From the NCBI GenBank assembly GCA_943788715.1, contig CALSRI010000004.1:29876-93875 (forward strand): a stretch of 64,000 bases of DNA, written 5' to 3'. The first letter of the stretch is position 1; each line of letters starts with the position of its first letter. The notes under the pieces are model-generated. The model saw nothing but the letters and a program-made list of their open reading frames with translations, searched no databases and was not told the DNA's origin. Below are positions 32,303 to 43,249 of this stretch, in pieces. Source of the stretch: an uncultured Pseudomonadales bacterium. GTDB lineage: Bacteria > Pseudomonadota > Gammaproteobacteria > Pseudomonadales > Azotimanducaceae. Made by a program: the position numbers and the translations under genes.

Positions 32303-33478
32303 ATGGACTTTCTTTTTGAATATCTAATGTTCTTAGGCCAAGTGGTGACTTTGGTCATTGCGTTTTTGGTCATTGCATCATCCCTGGCCGGACTCTCTGC
32401 GCGCCAGCAGGGTGGCGATCATGGTCATCTGGTTATTCGCAAACTCAATGAAAGGGTCCGCGAGTTACGTTTTGCTATGGAAAATCATTTGCTCTCTGCG
32501 GATGAAGCAAAGCGTGTCCATAAAGCTGAAACGAAAAGCGAGAAAGCCGAAGCTAAGAAGGTCGCGAAAGCCGCCAAGCTCGCCGCTAAACAAAAACCTG
32601 ATGGGAAAAAAGCAGAGGTGTTGACCGTCGCCAACGCTGAGTCAACTGATAGCACGAGTGGTGAAGGTGGTGCCCATACTGAAGAGCAGGTTGACGGCAG
32701 CGTTGCAAACCAAGGTACGACCAAGTTAGACGGGCAGAGAGACAGAACTTTTGTCATACATTTTGATGGCGACACAGCAGCCTCAGGGGTGGACTTCTTA
32801 AGCTTGGAGATTAGCGCAGTACTGACCATGGCTGGTGCTAATGATGAAGTAGTAGTCTGCTTAGAGAGCCCTGGTGGTATGGTCCACAGCTATGGGCTGG
32901 CTGCTTCGCAAATGATGCGTATACGTAACAAAGGCATTCCCTTAACGGCAATTGTCGATAGAGTCGCAGCAAGTGGCGGATATCTTATGGCTGCCGTGGC
33001 GAATAGAATTTTGGCTGCACCGTTCGCAGTTATTGGCTCCATTGGTGTCGTCGCACAGATTCCGAATATTCACCGGTTATTGAAGAAGAATGATGTAGAT
33101 GTTGAGGTACTCACGGCTGGCAAGTACAAGCGTACGCTGACTATGTTGGGCGAGAATACTGATGAGGGTCGAGAAAAGTTCCGTGAAGAGCTAGATGATG
33201 TGCACAATTTATTTCAAGAGTTTGTTGCCGAAAATCGTCCTGAATTAGATATAGAGGCGGTAGCAACTGGCGAGGCATGGTATGGCAAGCGCGCCCTTGA
33301 ATTAAATTTGGTAGATGGCTTGGCCACCAGTGATGAGTATTTGATAGAACTATGTGAATCTCGAGATGTCTTTGAGGTCACCTGGGAAGAAACCAAGAAA
33401 CCAATAGATAAGGTGCTCGATAAATTTAACGGTATGTTAGATAGAGTCAGCCACGTCTTAGAATTTGTTCGTAAGTAG
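32303..33478 (+). CDS. sohB: protease SohB (S49 family)
   Basis: LESPGGMVHSYGLAASQ, DRVAASGGY.MA, GSIGVV, AGKYKRTLT and VATGE.W. Start moved to ATG 32303. Confidence 0.94.
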   Translation: MDFLFEYLMFLGQVVTLVIAFLVIASSLAGLSARQQGGDHGHLVIRKLNERVRELRFAMENHLLSADEAKRVHKAETKSEKAEAKKVAKAAKLAAKQKPDGKKAEVLTVANAESTDSTSGEGGAHTEEQVDGSVANQGTTKLDGQRDRTFVIHFDGDTAASGVDFLSLEISAVLTMAGANDEVVVCLESPGGMVHSYGLAASQMMRIRNKGIPLTAIVDRVAASGGYLMAAVANRILAAPFAVIGSIGVVAQIPNIHRLLKKNDVDVEVLTAGKYKRTLTMLGENTDEGREKFREELDDVHNLFQEFVAENRPELDIEAVATGEAWYGKRALELNLVDGLATSDEYLIELCESRDVFEVTWEETKKPIDKVLDKFNGMLDRVSHVLEFVRK

Positions 33479-33490
33479 TAGGGGAAAAAT

Positions 33491-34471
33491 ATGCAATTTA
33501 AAGCTTTTAGAGTCGAAAAAACTGACGCTGGATTTGAGCGTAGTGTCATTACAAGGTCGGTTGATGATTTACCAGCAGGCGAATTATTGGTCGAGGTTAA
33601 ATATTCCTCGCTAAACTTTAAAGACGGGCTCTCAGCAACGGGCAACCCTGGTGTTACGCGTAATTTCCCTCACACCCCAGGTATAGACGTTTCCGGCGTG
33701 GTTTTAGCCTCTGATCATGCAGATTTTGCTGTGGGTGATGAGATTATTGCAATTGGTTTTGACCTTGGTATGGGCACCTCCGGTGGGTTTGCTGAGCGTG
33801 TGCGTATACCTGCTTCTTGGGCGGTCAAAATGCCCAAGGGTCTAACCATGCATAGCAGTATGGTCATTGGTACCGCTGGGTTTACTGCGGCTGAATGTGT
33901 CCAGAAGTTGGAGCGCGCTGGCATGACACCGGCATCAGGCCCGGTACTTGTCACTGGCGCAACAGGTGGCGTAGGTTCTGTGGCAGTCAAATTGCTTGCG
34001 CAACTGGGTTATGAGGTTGCTGCAGTGACCGGTAAGGCAGATCAGCACGACTTTTTGCGTAGCTTAGGTGCCAGCGAAATATTGTCCAGAGAAGACGCTA
34101 ATGCGGGCAGCGACAAGCCGATGCTGGCTGAACGCTGGGGTGGAGTAGTTGACACAGTAGGCGGAGATATTCTTTTTAATGGGGTTAAGAGCCTACGTTA
34201 TGGTTGTAGCCTGGCTGCTTGTGGTCTAGTAGCGGCACCCGTATTTTCAGCCTCTGTACTGCCTTTTATCTTGCGTCACGTGAATCTGCTGGGGATCGAT
34301 TCTGTACAGTTACCGATCGAGGAAAAAGCTGAAATTTGGCAGCGCCTAGGCTCTGATTGGCTCATGGACCTGAGTGATTTAGAAGAAGTTCTAACCCTAG
34401 ACAGTTTGTCCGATGCAATTGATCGTATTCTAGCCGGTCAGATGGTAGGCAGAGGGGTAGTGCACCTTTAA
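33491..34471 (+). CDS. YhdH/AcuI-family NADPH oxidoreductase (acryloyl-CoA reductase-like)
   Basis: YSSLNFKD.L...G, PHTPGID, GTAGFTAA, VTGATGGVGS and PFILR.VNLLGIDS. Confidence 0.92.
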   Translation: MQFKAFRVEKTDAGFERSVITRSVDDLPAGELLVEVKYSSLNFKDGLSATGNPGVTRNFPHTPGIDVSGVVLASDHADFAVGDEIIAIGFDLGMGTSGGFAERVRIPASWAVKMPKGLTMHSSMVIGTAGFTAAECVQKLERAGMTPASGPVLVTGATGGVGSVAVKLLAQLGYEVAAVTGKADQHDFLRSLGASEILSREDANAGSDKPMLAERWGGVVDTVGGDILFNGVKSLRYGCSLAACGLVAAPVFSASVLPFILRHVNLLGIDSVQLPIEEKAEIWQRLGSDWLMDLSDLEEVLTLDSLSDAIDRILAGQMVGRGVVHL

Positions 34472-34497
34472 GCACTTGGCACCAAGCACTTGGCACC
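34470..34497 (+). repeat. perfect 14-bp tandem duplication (AAGCACTTGGCACC)x2
   Basis: Begins at the stop codon of the YhdH gene. Confidence 0.9.
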
Positions 34498-34571
34498 GAG
34501 AGTTGCCAGTATTTCTAAAGTAGCGTTTAAAGCAGCTCAAAATGTAACCCTATAAGCGGTACTTAAGGCCC

Positions 34572-35744
34572 TCAGTCTCGTCTGAGGGCCGGGTCTGATG
34601 CAATTGGGCTCGGATATCGAGATACCACTAAATAACTACTGCCTATCAGTGTCAGGATGGTTGCGGTTTGTAGAACTACTGCTGCCGAGCTACTAATCAG
34701 TGCGTTGGAAATGGCAATGTAGCTTAGTAACAGAGAAAACTCTGACGCTTGACCAAGTCGGAACCCAACTTCCTTAGAAGCATCCTTGTCTTCTTTCTGC
34801 AAAACCAACAAATATGCAAATACCCTTGGTTTTACGATCACAGTCACTACTGCCAAGATAATTGTCGCTAGCCACACCTCTTGCAAAAGTACGACATTCA
34901 GTGACGCTCCTACCGAGAAGAAAAATAAAATCAAAAAAAAGTCACGAAGGGGTTTGAGATGCTCCGCAATATACTGTGCGATGGGGCTGGTTGCTAAACT
35001 CACCCCTGCGATAAACCCGCCTATTTCAAAGGACAAACCCATTTTTTCTGCGATGCTGGCAAGACTTAGGCACCAGCCTATGGCGAGGAGAAAAATATAC
35101 TCATGAAAAGCATCAAATTTGCTTATTAAGGTAAGTAAAACAAAGCGAACCATTAAATAGGCACCACCAATGAGCAGCGGTAGCCCCACAAAGATCGCCA
35201 TTAGGCTGCGCGTTATACCCGCTAGATCATTACCTAAACCGGTCAACAGCAATATGGCTAGAATGGCCAACAGGTCTTGAATGAGCAGCAGGCTCACTAC
35301 CATTTCGCCTATATGTCGATGATGTAATGCTGTGGTAGGTAAAAGCTTTATACCCAATATAGTGCTTGAAAATGTCATGGCTAAGCCCACAACCCATGCT
35401 TCTGTATAGCTAAAGCCGGTTGCCAGCATGATGCTGGCGCCCATTGCAAAGAATAAGATACTGGTGCCAAGGGCGGTGAGCATTGATTCGGCAAGCATAT
35501 TTTTCAGTTTGCTGGGCTGCAAATCTAAACCTACTAAGAAGAGTAGAAAGATAATGCCAATTTCCGCAATTTCCGTGAGTAACTCGTTTTGATCGATCAG
35601 GCTCAAGCCAAATGGACCAATCAAGCAACCCAGCAGTATGTACGCGATAAGCATAGGCTGGCGGGAAAATAGGGCGACCGTGGCTAACCCGGCTGCACCG
35701 GCAAAAATGATGAAGAATGAATTGATTAGATCTGGGTGCGGCAT
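34572..35744 (-). CDS. CPA2-family cation:proton antiporter (no TrkA domain)
   Basis: EIGIIFLLF.VGL.L, FSSTI...K, LL.QDLLAI, GGFIAG.SLA, PLRDFFLILFF and GQASEFS. Confidence 0.9.
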   Translation of the reverse strand: MPHPDLINSFFIIFAGAAGLATVALFSRQPMLIAYILLGCLIGPFGLSLIDQNELLTEIAEIGIIFLLFLVGLDLQPSKLKNMLAESMLTALGTSILFFAMGASIMLATGFSYTEAWVVGLAMTFSSTILGIKLLPTTALHHRHIGEMVVSLLLIQDLLAILAILLLTGLGNDLAGITRSLMAIFVGLPLLIGGAYLMVRFVLLTLISKFDAFHEYIFLLAIGWCLSLASIAEKMGLSFEIGGFIAGVSLATSPIAQYIAEHLKPLRDFFLILFFFSVGASLNVVLLQEVWLATIILAVVTVIVKPRVFAYLLVLQKEDKDASKEVGFRLGQASEFSLLLSYIAISNALISSSAAVVLQTATILTLIGSSYLVVSRYPSPIASDPALRRD

Positions 35745-35945
35745 TAGTGATCTCGTAGGGACGGCATCTGCGGTTTAGGATATAGCCTAACAAGGATCCC
35801 AGTGATTACCGTGATTTTTCGACACAATGCACAAAATGGTGCCTGAACTGGCGCTAACAGGTAGCCTGCTGCAGATTATTTAACAACTGCAGCCAAAGGT
35901 ATGTTCAATATCTGAGAGGCGCCACCTGCTAACCGGTTAATCCTA

Positions 35946-36380
35946 CTAGACCCGATCGAACTGATTGAGCGGATCGACTACTGAACTTTGATAGTACTGC
36001 TTATGGGGCGCAATGCAGCTTAAAGCAACTTCAGGGTCTCGAGATTCTGGCAGCTCAAAACTTGTGAAACCACAGCGCACCATAAAGTGCAGAATGTCCT
36101 CATGGACCGCGCCTAAGCCGCGTAGGTCGCCGGCATAATGCAATCGGCTGCGTAGTAATACTGCCAGCGATAGGCCTCTGCCGTCTGTGAGGGCCGGGAA
36201 GTCAATACCAATAATGGAGGCTTGGCTCCATTGGGCATTTATTTCCGCGTCTACTGGTAGCTTCAGTGCTTGGCCGGGCTGCCAATTCTCAGCATCACGC
36301 CATTCTATTTGCGCTTGGTCGGAACTCTGCGTGTCAGCTAGCTGCCATTCTTCGTTATGTTTGTTAATGAGATGGTGCAT
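35946..36380 (-). CDS. DUF934-domain protein (sulfite reductase partner)
   Basis: I.IDFP..TDGRG.SLA..LR....Y.GDLR..G....D...FM.RCGF; overlaps the cysI stop. Confidence 0.88.
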   Translation of the reverse strand: MHHLINKHNEEWQLADTQSSDQAQIEWRDAENWQPGQALKLPVDAEINAQWSQASIIGIDFPALTDGRGLSLAVLLRSRLHYAGDLRGLGAVHEDILHFMVRCGFTSFELPESRDPEVALSCIAPHKQYYQSSVVDPLNQFDRV

Positions 36381-38031
36381 AAATGCGTTCCTTAAATGGC
36401 GCCATGCCTACTCGTTTGAAGCAGCCCAAAAAGCTCTCGTCTGCAATTCGAAGATCTACATAGATCTGCAAAATTTTTGCGATGACGTCGCAGACTTCTG
36501 CGCGAGGGATAGAGGGGCCGACAATTTGTCCTAGAGAAGGGGCGAGCTCTGAGTGCCCGGCATGACCCCCAAGAGAGATTTGATAAAACTCACTACCTTT
36601 TTTATCGACACCGAGAATGCCTATGTGGCCCACATGGTGGTGTCCACAAGCATTCATACAGCCAGAAATATTTAGGTTCAGTTCGCCTAAATCATACTGA
36701 AAGTCGTAGTCGTCAAAACGTTCTTGTAGTGCTTCAGCTACCGGTATGGACTTGGCGTTTGCTAATGAGCAGTAATCGCCGCCAGGGCAGCAGATCATAT
36801 CGGTTATTAATCGTGCGTTCGCCGTCGCTAGATTTTGCGCTTGCGCCTTTTGCCACAATGTAAATAAGTACTGCTTTGGTACGTGGGGTAACACGAAATT
36901 TTGTTCGTGGCTGATCCGTATCTCGCTAAAGCTATAGTCTGCAGCCCACTGTGCAACTGCGTCAATTTGCGTGTCACTCACATCCCCCGGCGGCACGCCG
37001 GTTGCCTTGGTGGATAGTGTTACAGCTGCATAACCGGGCGCTTTGTGTTCGATCACATTGTGCTGTAACCATTGACTAAATTTTGGGTTGGCTAGCCTTT
37101 GCTCCGCTAACGCATCACTTATGTCTGGTTGCTCTGTGTAATTGGGCGGCGCAAAAAACGCCTCTACTCGACTGATCTCAGCAGAAGGCAGAGTGCCTGG
37201 GCCATTTTTACTATGCGCCCACTCTTCATCTACTTTTGCGCGAAAACCGTCAACACCCATTGCTCGAACTAATATTTTTATACGTGCTTTGTATTTATTA
37301 TCACGACGCCCGTAGCGGTTATAAACGCGCATCAAAGCTTCTAGGTACGTGAGTAAATGTTCTATGGGTAGTTCTGAGCGAACCAATGCACCCAGTACGG
37401 GTGTTCTGCCTAAGCCACCACCGGCGTAGACATCAAATAGAACTTCGCCTTGGTCGCTGCGATGAACTCTTAGGCCAACGTCATGGACGCCAATTGCAGC
37501 TCTGTCCTCAGCTGCACCTGTGACAGCGATCTTGAATTTTCGCGGTAACCACTCGAACTCGGGATGAGCGGTAGACCACTGCCGAATGATTTCACAGTAG
37601 GGGCGCGGGTCTATGGTTTCATCCGCTGCTGCGCCGGCAAAATGGTCAGTGGTGACGTTGCGGATACAGCTGCCGCTGGTTTGTATTGCGTGCAAGTCTA
37701 CTTCGGCCATGTCTGCAAGAATATCTGGTACTTCAGCAAGTTCCGGCCAGTTAAACTGCATGTTTTGTCGAGTACTTAAGTGGCCATAGCCGCGGTCATA
37801 TTCTCTAGCAACCTTGCCCAGAGCAAACAGTTGTTTGCTGGATAAGGTGCCGTAAGGAATAGCCACTCTAAGCATCGGTGCCAACCGTTGGAGGTATAGC
37901 CCGTTACGCAGTCTTAGCTGTAGAAATTCGTCTTCGGAAAGCTTGCCGTCAAGATAACGGGTGGTTTGCTCGCGGTAGTGATTAACTCGTTCAGCAATGA
38001 ACGAGCGGTCAAATTCTGTGTATTGGTACAT
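36364..38031 (-). CDS. cysI: nitrite/sulfite reductase hemoprotein (CysI-type)
   Basis: RL.NGLY.Q, STRQN.Q, LPRKFKIA, CPGGDYC and SGC.NACGHHH siroheme/Fe-S ligands. Confidence 0.93.
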   Translation of the reverse strand: MYQYTEFDRSFIAERVNHYREQTTRYLDGKLSEDEFLQLRLRNGLYLQRLAPMLRVAIPYGTLSSKQLFALGKVAREYDRGYGHLSTRQNMQFNWPELAEVPDILADMAEVDLHAIQTSGSCIRNVTTDHFAGAAADETIDPRPYCEIIRQWSTAHPEFEWLPRKFKIAVTGAAEDRAAIGVHDVGLRVHRSDQGEVLFDVYAGGGLGRTPVLGALVRSELPIEHLLTYLEALMRVYNRYGRRDNKYKARIKILVRAMGVDGFRAKVDEEWAHSKNGPGTLPSAEISRVEAFFAPPNYTEQPDISDALAEQRLANPKFSQWLQHNVIEHKAPGYAAVTLSTKATGVPPGDVSDTQIDAVAQWAADYSFSEIRISHEQNFVLPHVPKQYLFTLWQKAQAQNLATANARLITDMICCPGGDYCSLANAKSIPVAEALQERFDDYDFQYDLGELNLNISGCMNACGHHHVGHIGILGVDKKGSEFYQISLGGHAGHSELAPSLGQIVGPSIPRAEVCDVIAKILQIYVDLRIADESFLGCFKRVGMAPFKERIYAPSH

Positions 38032-38291
38032 TTTTTATGGGTTCCTACTAAGCGTCACCCAAGTCCCCTGACTGAGTTAAGCGCAGGACAGTAGCAGTAC
38101 CATTTATACAGGGCAACCAATTGCGGTTGCGTGCTTATTCCAAGGTCGAATATATAAATAATCAAAATGACAAACTACACATTGAAACAACACTAGGCAC
38201 TTGTCATGCACGCGTGGCGGTCTATACTTGCGCCCTTAAATCACGCCCAACAGATAATGGGTTAAGCAAAAGCCAAAGTGGAAGAGAAATA

Positions 38292-38429
38292 ATGAGCGAT
38301 GAGCATCAGTCCGACCAAGATCAATCCAGCGCAGATGATGCAGCAGATGTAAAAGCAATTTTGGTTATGTTTACCGCCGCAGTGCTATTTGCAGCCGTTT
38401 ATATTTCTGGCTTTACCATCGATCTTTAG
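38292..38429 (+). CDS. 45-aa small membrane protein (acidic N-tail, one TM helix)
   Basis: MSDEHQSDQDQSSADDAADVKAILVMFTAAVLFAAVYISGFTIDL; purine-rich RBS GGAAGAG; hairpin 20 bp after the stop. Confidence 0.65.
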   Translation: MSDEHQSDQDQSSADDAADVKAILVMFTAAVLFAAVYISGFTIDL

Positions 38430-38448
38430 GCGGCTTTACATGTTTCGA

Positions 38449-38469
38449 GGTACTGAGTGTTTCAGTACC
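38449..38469 (+). terminator. stem-loop between the small ORF and metH
   Basis: GGTACTGA-GTGTT-TCAGTACC; T-run about 10 bp downstream. Confidence 0.5.
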
Positions 38470-38603
38470 GCTGTGCTGCCTTTTTGTTTATCGGCTGGGA
38501 ATAAGTCGCGGATACACAGGCGGTACTTGGCTAACCCCCACACTTTTTTTTATCTCTTGATCTCTTGATTTACAGACTCTAGCCTCTTTTCAAATAAGCG
38601 GTT

Positions 38604-41600
38604 TCAGTCAGATAGCGTAGGGCTTAGTAGCGTTCTCGCAGCATCAATATCCAGCTTCTTTCTGTCCGCGTAGTCGGCTAACTGGTCTTCATCAATTTTT
38701 CCTACGCCAAAATACTTTGCTTCCGGGTGGGCAAAATACCACCCACTGACGGCTGCTGCGGGCGACATTGCATAACTTTCAGTAAGTTCTATGCCAGTTC
38801 TATTGGTAGCATCAAGTAACTCAAAGAGGGTGGCCTTCTCGCTATGCTCTGGGCAAGCAGGGTAGCCTGGCGCAGGCCTAATGCCTCTGTATTTCTCTTT
38901 GATAAACAGCTCTGCATCAAATTCCTCATTAGGGCTATAGCCCCAAGCTGTTTGTCGAACGTATGCATGTAACAGCTCAGCAAACGCTTCAGCAAGTCGA
39001 TCAGCCAATGATTTGATCATTATCTGGGTGTAATCGTCGTCTGGGAATTCCGCCAGAATGGCATCAATATTGATGCCGGTAGTAACAGCGAATCCGCCTA
39101 AATAGTCTGGATTACCCGGGTTGGCTATATAATCCGATAGGCATTGATTAGGGCTAAGATCATCTGGTTTTGGTGCTTGCTGGCGTAAGTGGTGCAAAGA
39201 CGCAAGGCGCTGGCTGCGATCATCATTAGCGAAAAGTTCGATGTCATCTTCGCCCAGGCGGTTTGCCGGCCAAATCGCATAAACGCCTGCCGCAGCTAAA
39301 CGTCCATCGTCAATTAGCCATTGTAGTCTTTCCTGTGCGTCAGCGAACAGGGCAGTAGCGGCTTCGCCAACCACTTCGTCCTCTAAAATAGCCGGGTAAC
39401 GCCCTGCAAGTGACCAAGTCATAAAGAAAGGTGTCCAATCAATATAAGGGACTAACTCGGCAAGTGTAGGCTTGTAATCAAATACGCCCAGCTGATTGGG
39501 CTTGGCGGGCTGATAATCTTGTTGCTCAGCGGACCAAGCATTGGCTCTAGCGTCGGATAAAGCCAAAAATGCGCGTTTTTCTCTTCTAGCTTCTACTCTT
39601 GTTTTGATCAACGCATATTCTCGATCAATCTCTTCCGCGTAGGCTTCATAGCTGTCATTGTCGGCCAATAATTTGCTTGCAACACCCACTGCTCTGGACG
39701 CATCTGCCACATAGACAGTGGCTCGATTTTCGTAGCAAGGCGCAATTTTAGCCGCTGTGTGGGCCTTACTAGTGGTTGCCCCGCCAATCAAAAGAGGTAT
39801 ATTTAGCCCAAGTCGCTGCATTTCCGTTGCTACGTTGACCATTTCGTCCAGCGAGGGTGTGATTAGGCCAGACAAACCAATTACATTGGCTCCCGTGTCT
39901 ATAGCGGTTTGAATAATAGTTTCTTTAGGCACCATTACGCCTAGGTCAATGACCTCATAGTTGTTGCACTGTAGAACAACGCCGACAATATTCTTACCTA
40001 TGTCGTGAACATCACCTTTCACCGTTGCCATAACGATTTTGCCTTTGGCAGCGCTCTCACGGCTGGGGTTCTTGAGCTTTTCTTCCTCAATGAAGGGTAC
40101 AAGGTGGCCTACGGCCTGCTTCATTACCCGTGCGCTTTTAACAACTTGGGGTAAAAACATCTTGCCGCTACCGAACAAATCGCCCACGACACCCATGCCA
40201 TCCATAAGAGGGCCTTCGATGACTTCTAACGGGTGGGTGGCTTCTAACCTTGCGGCTTCAGTATCTTCGACAATAAACTCATTATTGCCTTTAACTAATG
40301 CGTAGCTCAGGCGTTCTCTTACGGGAAGTTGACGCCATTCTTCTTCCTTCTGTTCCTTCGCCCCGGTGCTACCGTCATCGCTCATAGATTGCGCTATGGC
40401 CAAGAGTCTCTCGGTAGCGTCTTCGCGCCGGTTTAATACCAGATCTTCAGCGGCTTCGCGCAGCTCATCGGATAGGTCTGCATAGATACCAAGCTGACCT
40501 GCGTTAACAATACCCATTGTCATGCCCGCTTGTACTGCGTGGTAAAGGAATACCGTATGAATGGCTTCGCGGACCAAATTATTGCCGCGGAAGGCAAAAG
40601 AAACGTTGCTCAGGCCGCCAGAGGTGCTGGCTCCCGGAAGATTTTCTTTAATCCAGCGCACTGAATCGATAAAGTCCACTGCGTAATTACGGTGCTCGTC
40701 GATTCCGGTACCGATGGCGAAGATGTTCGGGTCGAATATGATATCTGAGGGTACAACACCCACTTCTTCAGTGAGTACTTTGTAACTGCGTTGGCAGATC
40801 TCAATTTTTCTTTCCAGCGAGTCTGCTTGGCCGTCTTCGTCAAATGCCATAACGACCATGGCAGCACCGTAGTCTTGGCATTTTTGTGCAGCGCTAACAA
40901 AGGCTTCATGTCCTTCCTTTAAGCTAATTGAATTTACAATCGCCTTACCCTGAACACACTTCAGACCTGCTTCGATGATTTCCCACTTGCTTGAGTCAAT
41001 CATGATCGGCACTTTTGAAATGTCAGGTTCTGTGGCGATTAAATTCAAGAAATGCACCATGGCTTCCTCACCATCGAGCATACCCTCGTCCATGTTTATG
41101 TCTATAATTTGGGCGCCACTTTCAACCTGTTGCCGCGCAACTTGTAGTGCCTCTTCGTACTTTGATTCTCTAATCAGACGGGCAAATTTGGCTGAGCCGG
41201 TAACGTTGGTTCTTTCTCCGACATTGATGAATAGGCTTTCATTATTGAGTGTTAGCGGCTCTAATCCTGAGAGCTTTAAGCCACTGGTATTGCCTCTAGC
41301 GACGGATTTTTTAATCAGTGGGCGGGGCGGCATATCTTTCACTGCATCTGCAATAGCTTTGATATGGCTGGGTGTAGTGCCACAGCACCCACCAACAATA
41401 TTTAGCCAACCAGCTTCCGCGTAGCTATAAATGATCTCTGCCATCTGCTCGGCAGTTTGGTTGTATTCGCCGAAGGCATCAGGTAAGCCGGCATTGGGGT
41501 GTACGCTTACTGCGTTGTTACATAGGTTGGCAAGTTCATTAACGTGGGGTCTTAACTGTTCCGCGCCGAGTGCGCAATTAAGGCCAATAGATAGAGGCTG

Positions 41601-42347
41601 TGCATGTTCTACTGAGTACACAAATGCCTCGCCGGTTTGACCGGATAAAGTTCTGCCGCTGGCATCAGTAATGGTGCCCGAAATCATTAGGGGGCAGGGG
41701 TTGCTGAGCTTGCGGTTAACCAAATTTGCCGCGTAGATGGCCGCTTTTGCATTTAACGTGTCGAATACAGTTTCGATAAGAAATAAATCTACACCGCCTT
41801 CTACCAAGCCTTCCAATGCTTCGGTGTAGGCAATGACTAACTCATCAAAATTTACGTTGCGATATTCCGGTCTATTCACATCCGGTGAAAGACTGGCTGT
41901 TCTATTTGTGGGTCCAACACTGCCGGCAACAAATCTTGGTTTCTCTGCCGTTGAAAATTCGTCGGCTATAGCGCGCGCGATTTTCGCCGACTCTCTATTC
42001 ATTTCCCTACAGATATCTTCGGTACCAAAGTCCGCTTGGGCAATACTGGTTGCATTAAAGGTATTGGTGCAAATAATGTCGCAACCGGCCTCTAGGTAAC
42101 CTCTATGGACTTCCTCAACTACGTATTGGCGCGTTAAGTTGAGAATGTCGTGGTTACCTTTTAATGACATTGCATGATCGGCAAATCGATCACCGCGAAA
42201 CTCCTCTTCCTCAAGATCATACCCTTGGAAAGCACTACCATAGGCTCCATCTAGGATGACAATGCGCTTGGACATCACTTGTCTTATGCGTTCTTCAGTA
42301 GACTGTTCTGGAATATTACTTTGAGCTTTCTGCGCGTGGGCTGTCAT
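38604..42347 (-). CDS. metH: cobalamin-dependent methionine synthase
   Basis: Hcy domain (LNCALG, GGCCGT), pterin domain (GERTNVTGS), B12-binding GDVHDIG and activation domain [12 protein letters not shown]. Confidence 0.98.
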   Translation of the reverse strand: MTAHAQKAQSNIPEQSTEERIRQVMSKRIVILDGAYGSAFQGYDLEEEEFRGDRFADHAMSLKGNHDILNLTRQYVVEEVHRGYLEAGCDIICTNTFNATSIAQADFGTEDICREMNRESAKIARAIADEFSTAEKPRFVAGSVGPTNRTASLSPDVNRPEYRNVNFDELVIAYTEALEGLVEGGVDLFLIETVFDTLNAKAAIYAANLVNRKLSNPCPLMISGTITDASGRTLSGQTGEAFVYSVEHAQPLSIGLNCALGAEQLRPHVNELANLCNNAVSVHPNAGLPDAFGEYNQTAEQMAEIIYSYAEAGWLNIVGGCCGTTPSHIKAIADAVKDMPPRPLIKKSVARGNTSGLKLSGLEPLTLNNESLFINVGERTNVTGSAKFARLIRESKYEEALQVARQQVESGAQIIDINMDEGMLDGEEAMVHFLNLIATEPDISKVPIMIDSSKWEIIEAGLKCVQGKAIVNSISLKEGHEAFVSAAQKCQDYGAAMVVMAFDEDGQADSLERKIEICQRSYKVLTEEVGVVPSDIIFDPNIFAIGTGIDEHRNYAVDFIDSVRWIKENLPGASTSGGLSNVSFAFRGNNLVREAIHTVFLYHAVQAGMTMGIVNAGQLGIYADLSDELREAAEDLVLNRREDATERLLAIAQSMSDDGSTGAKEQKEEEWRQLPVRERLSYALVKGNNEFIVEDTEAARLEATHPLEVIEGPLMDGMGVVGDLFGSGKMFLPQVVKSARVMKQAVGHLVPFIEEEKLKNPSRESAAKGKIVMATVKGDVHDIGKNIVGVVLQCNNYEVIDLGVMVPKETIIQTAIDTGANVIGLSGLITPSLDEMVNVATEMQRLGLNIPLLIGGATTSKAHTAAKIAPCYENRATVYVADASRAVGVASKLLADNDSYEAYAEEIDREYALIKTRVEARREKRAFLALSDARANAWSAEQQDYQPAKPNQLGVFDYKPTLAELVPYIDWTPFFMTWSLAGRYPAILEDEVVGEAATALFADAQERLQWLIDDGRLAAAGVYAIWPANRLGEDDIELFANDDRSQRLASLHHLRQQAPKPDDLSPNQCLSDYIANPGNPDYLGGFAVTTGINIDAILAEFPDDDYTQIMIKSLADRLAEAFAELLHAYVRQTAWGYSPNEEFDAELFIKEKYRGIRPAPGYPACPEHSEKATLFELLDATNRTGIELTESYAMSPAAAVSGWYFAHPEAKYFGVGKIDEDQLADYADRKKLDIDAARTLLSPTLSD

Positions 42348-42616
42348 GGTTATACCAATATTTAAAGGATGACCGTAGCTCAGGTAGGGTAGTAGTACAA
42401 TTGAAGGGTTCCTAGTTCGAGTTGAAACTGGCTCATTGTAATGTCAGCAAAGAGCACCATTATTGAGAGAGTTGTTTCCTGTATCTAGGCAGAGGCTGTA
42501 CACTGAGGCCTCGGGCCCGCATCAGTATGATCTTGATACGAAGCCCCAAAAGCCTGCGCGTTGTTTATCGCGGCGCAGACATTACGAATTAGAAATATGG
42601 ATCAAAAAGAGTATCT

Positions 42617-43198
42617 ATGATCGAAATATCCGCCAGCGCCCAGACCTATCTTGAAGGCTTGTTGTCCAAGCAAGACGATGAAAATGTCAGTATAAGAATT
42701 TTTGTAGCTCAGCCAGGTACGCCCCAAGCGGAAACCTGCATTGCCTATTGCCGTCCTGGAGAAGAGCAGGAAGGTGACATTGCCGTTGAATATGCCGGTT
42801 TTAGGGCATGGTTTGAGGGTCGTAGTGAGGCCTATCTAGAAGATGCGCAAGTTGATTACCAAGAAGATCAAATGGGCGGGCAACTTACCATTAAGGCTCC
42901 CAATGCCCGTGTGCCAAAGGTTGGCCCTGATGCGCCAATAGAAGACCGCATAAATTACGTTCTATACAACGAAATCAATCCAGGCCTTGCAGCTCATGGC
43001 GGTATGGTATCCCTTGTTGAGGTAACGTCTGAAAGCCAAGCAGTATTGCAATTTGGTGGTGGGTGTCAGGGTTGTTCTGCAGTGGATATAACACTGAAAA
43101 GCAGTGTAGAGACCACTTTGTTAGAGCAGGTGCCTGAGTTAACTGGCGTAATAGATCACACAGACCACACGGTCACAGACAACGCCTATTATTCCTAG
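42617..43198 (+). CDS. nfuA: Fe-S cluster biogenesis protein NfuA
   Basis: GTP.AET.IAYC, LTIKAPN, INP.LA.HGG and FGGGCQGC. Confidence 0.96.
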   Translation: MIEISASAQTYLEGLLSKQDDENVSIRIFVAQPGTPQAETCIAYCRPGEEQEGDIAVEYAGFRAWFEGRSEAYLEDAQVDYQEDQMGGQLTIKAPNARVPKVGPDAPIEDRINYVLYNEINPGLAAHGGMVSLVEVTSESQAVLQFGGGCQGCSAVDITLKSSVETTLLEQVPELTGVIDHTDHTVTDNAYYS

Positions 43199-43213
43199 CT
43201 GTCTCAGCTATGA

Positions 43214-43232
43214 GCGCCGCTTGAGTCGGCGC
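43214..43232. terminator. stem-loop between convergent nfuA and aroF
   Basis: GCGCCG-CTTGAGT-CGGCGC. Confidence 0.5.
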
Positions 43233-43249
43233 GCAATTGTTAAGAAGTC

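Noticed and set aside
35828-35843. NtrC-like site or sigma54 promoter (TGCAC-AAAATG-GTGCC)
   Set aside because: Spacing is off by one base for both the NtrC palindrome and the GG-N10-GC rule.
38121-38291. N-terminal extension of the 102-aa ORF 38121-38429
   Set aside because: Lies in the cysI promoter region and has no RBS; only the last 45 codons look protein-like.
42348-42616. cobalamin or SAM riboswitch upstream of metH
   Set aside because: No B12-box or SAM/SAH core motifs recognisable on the - strand.
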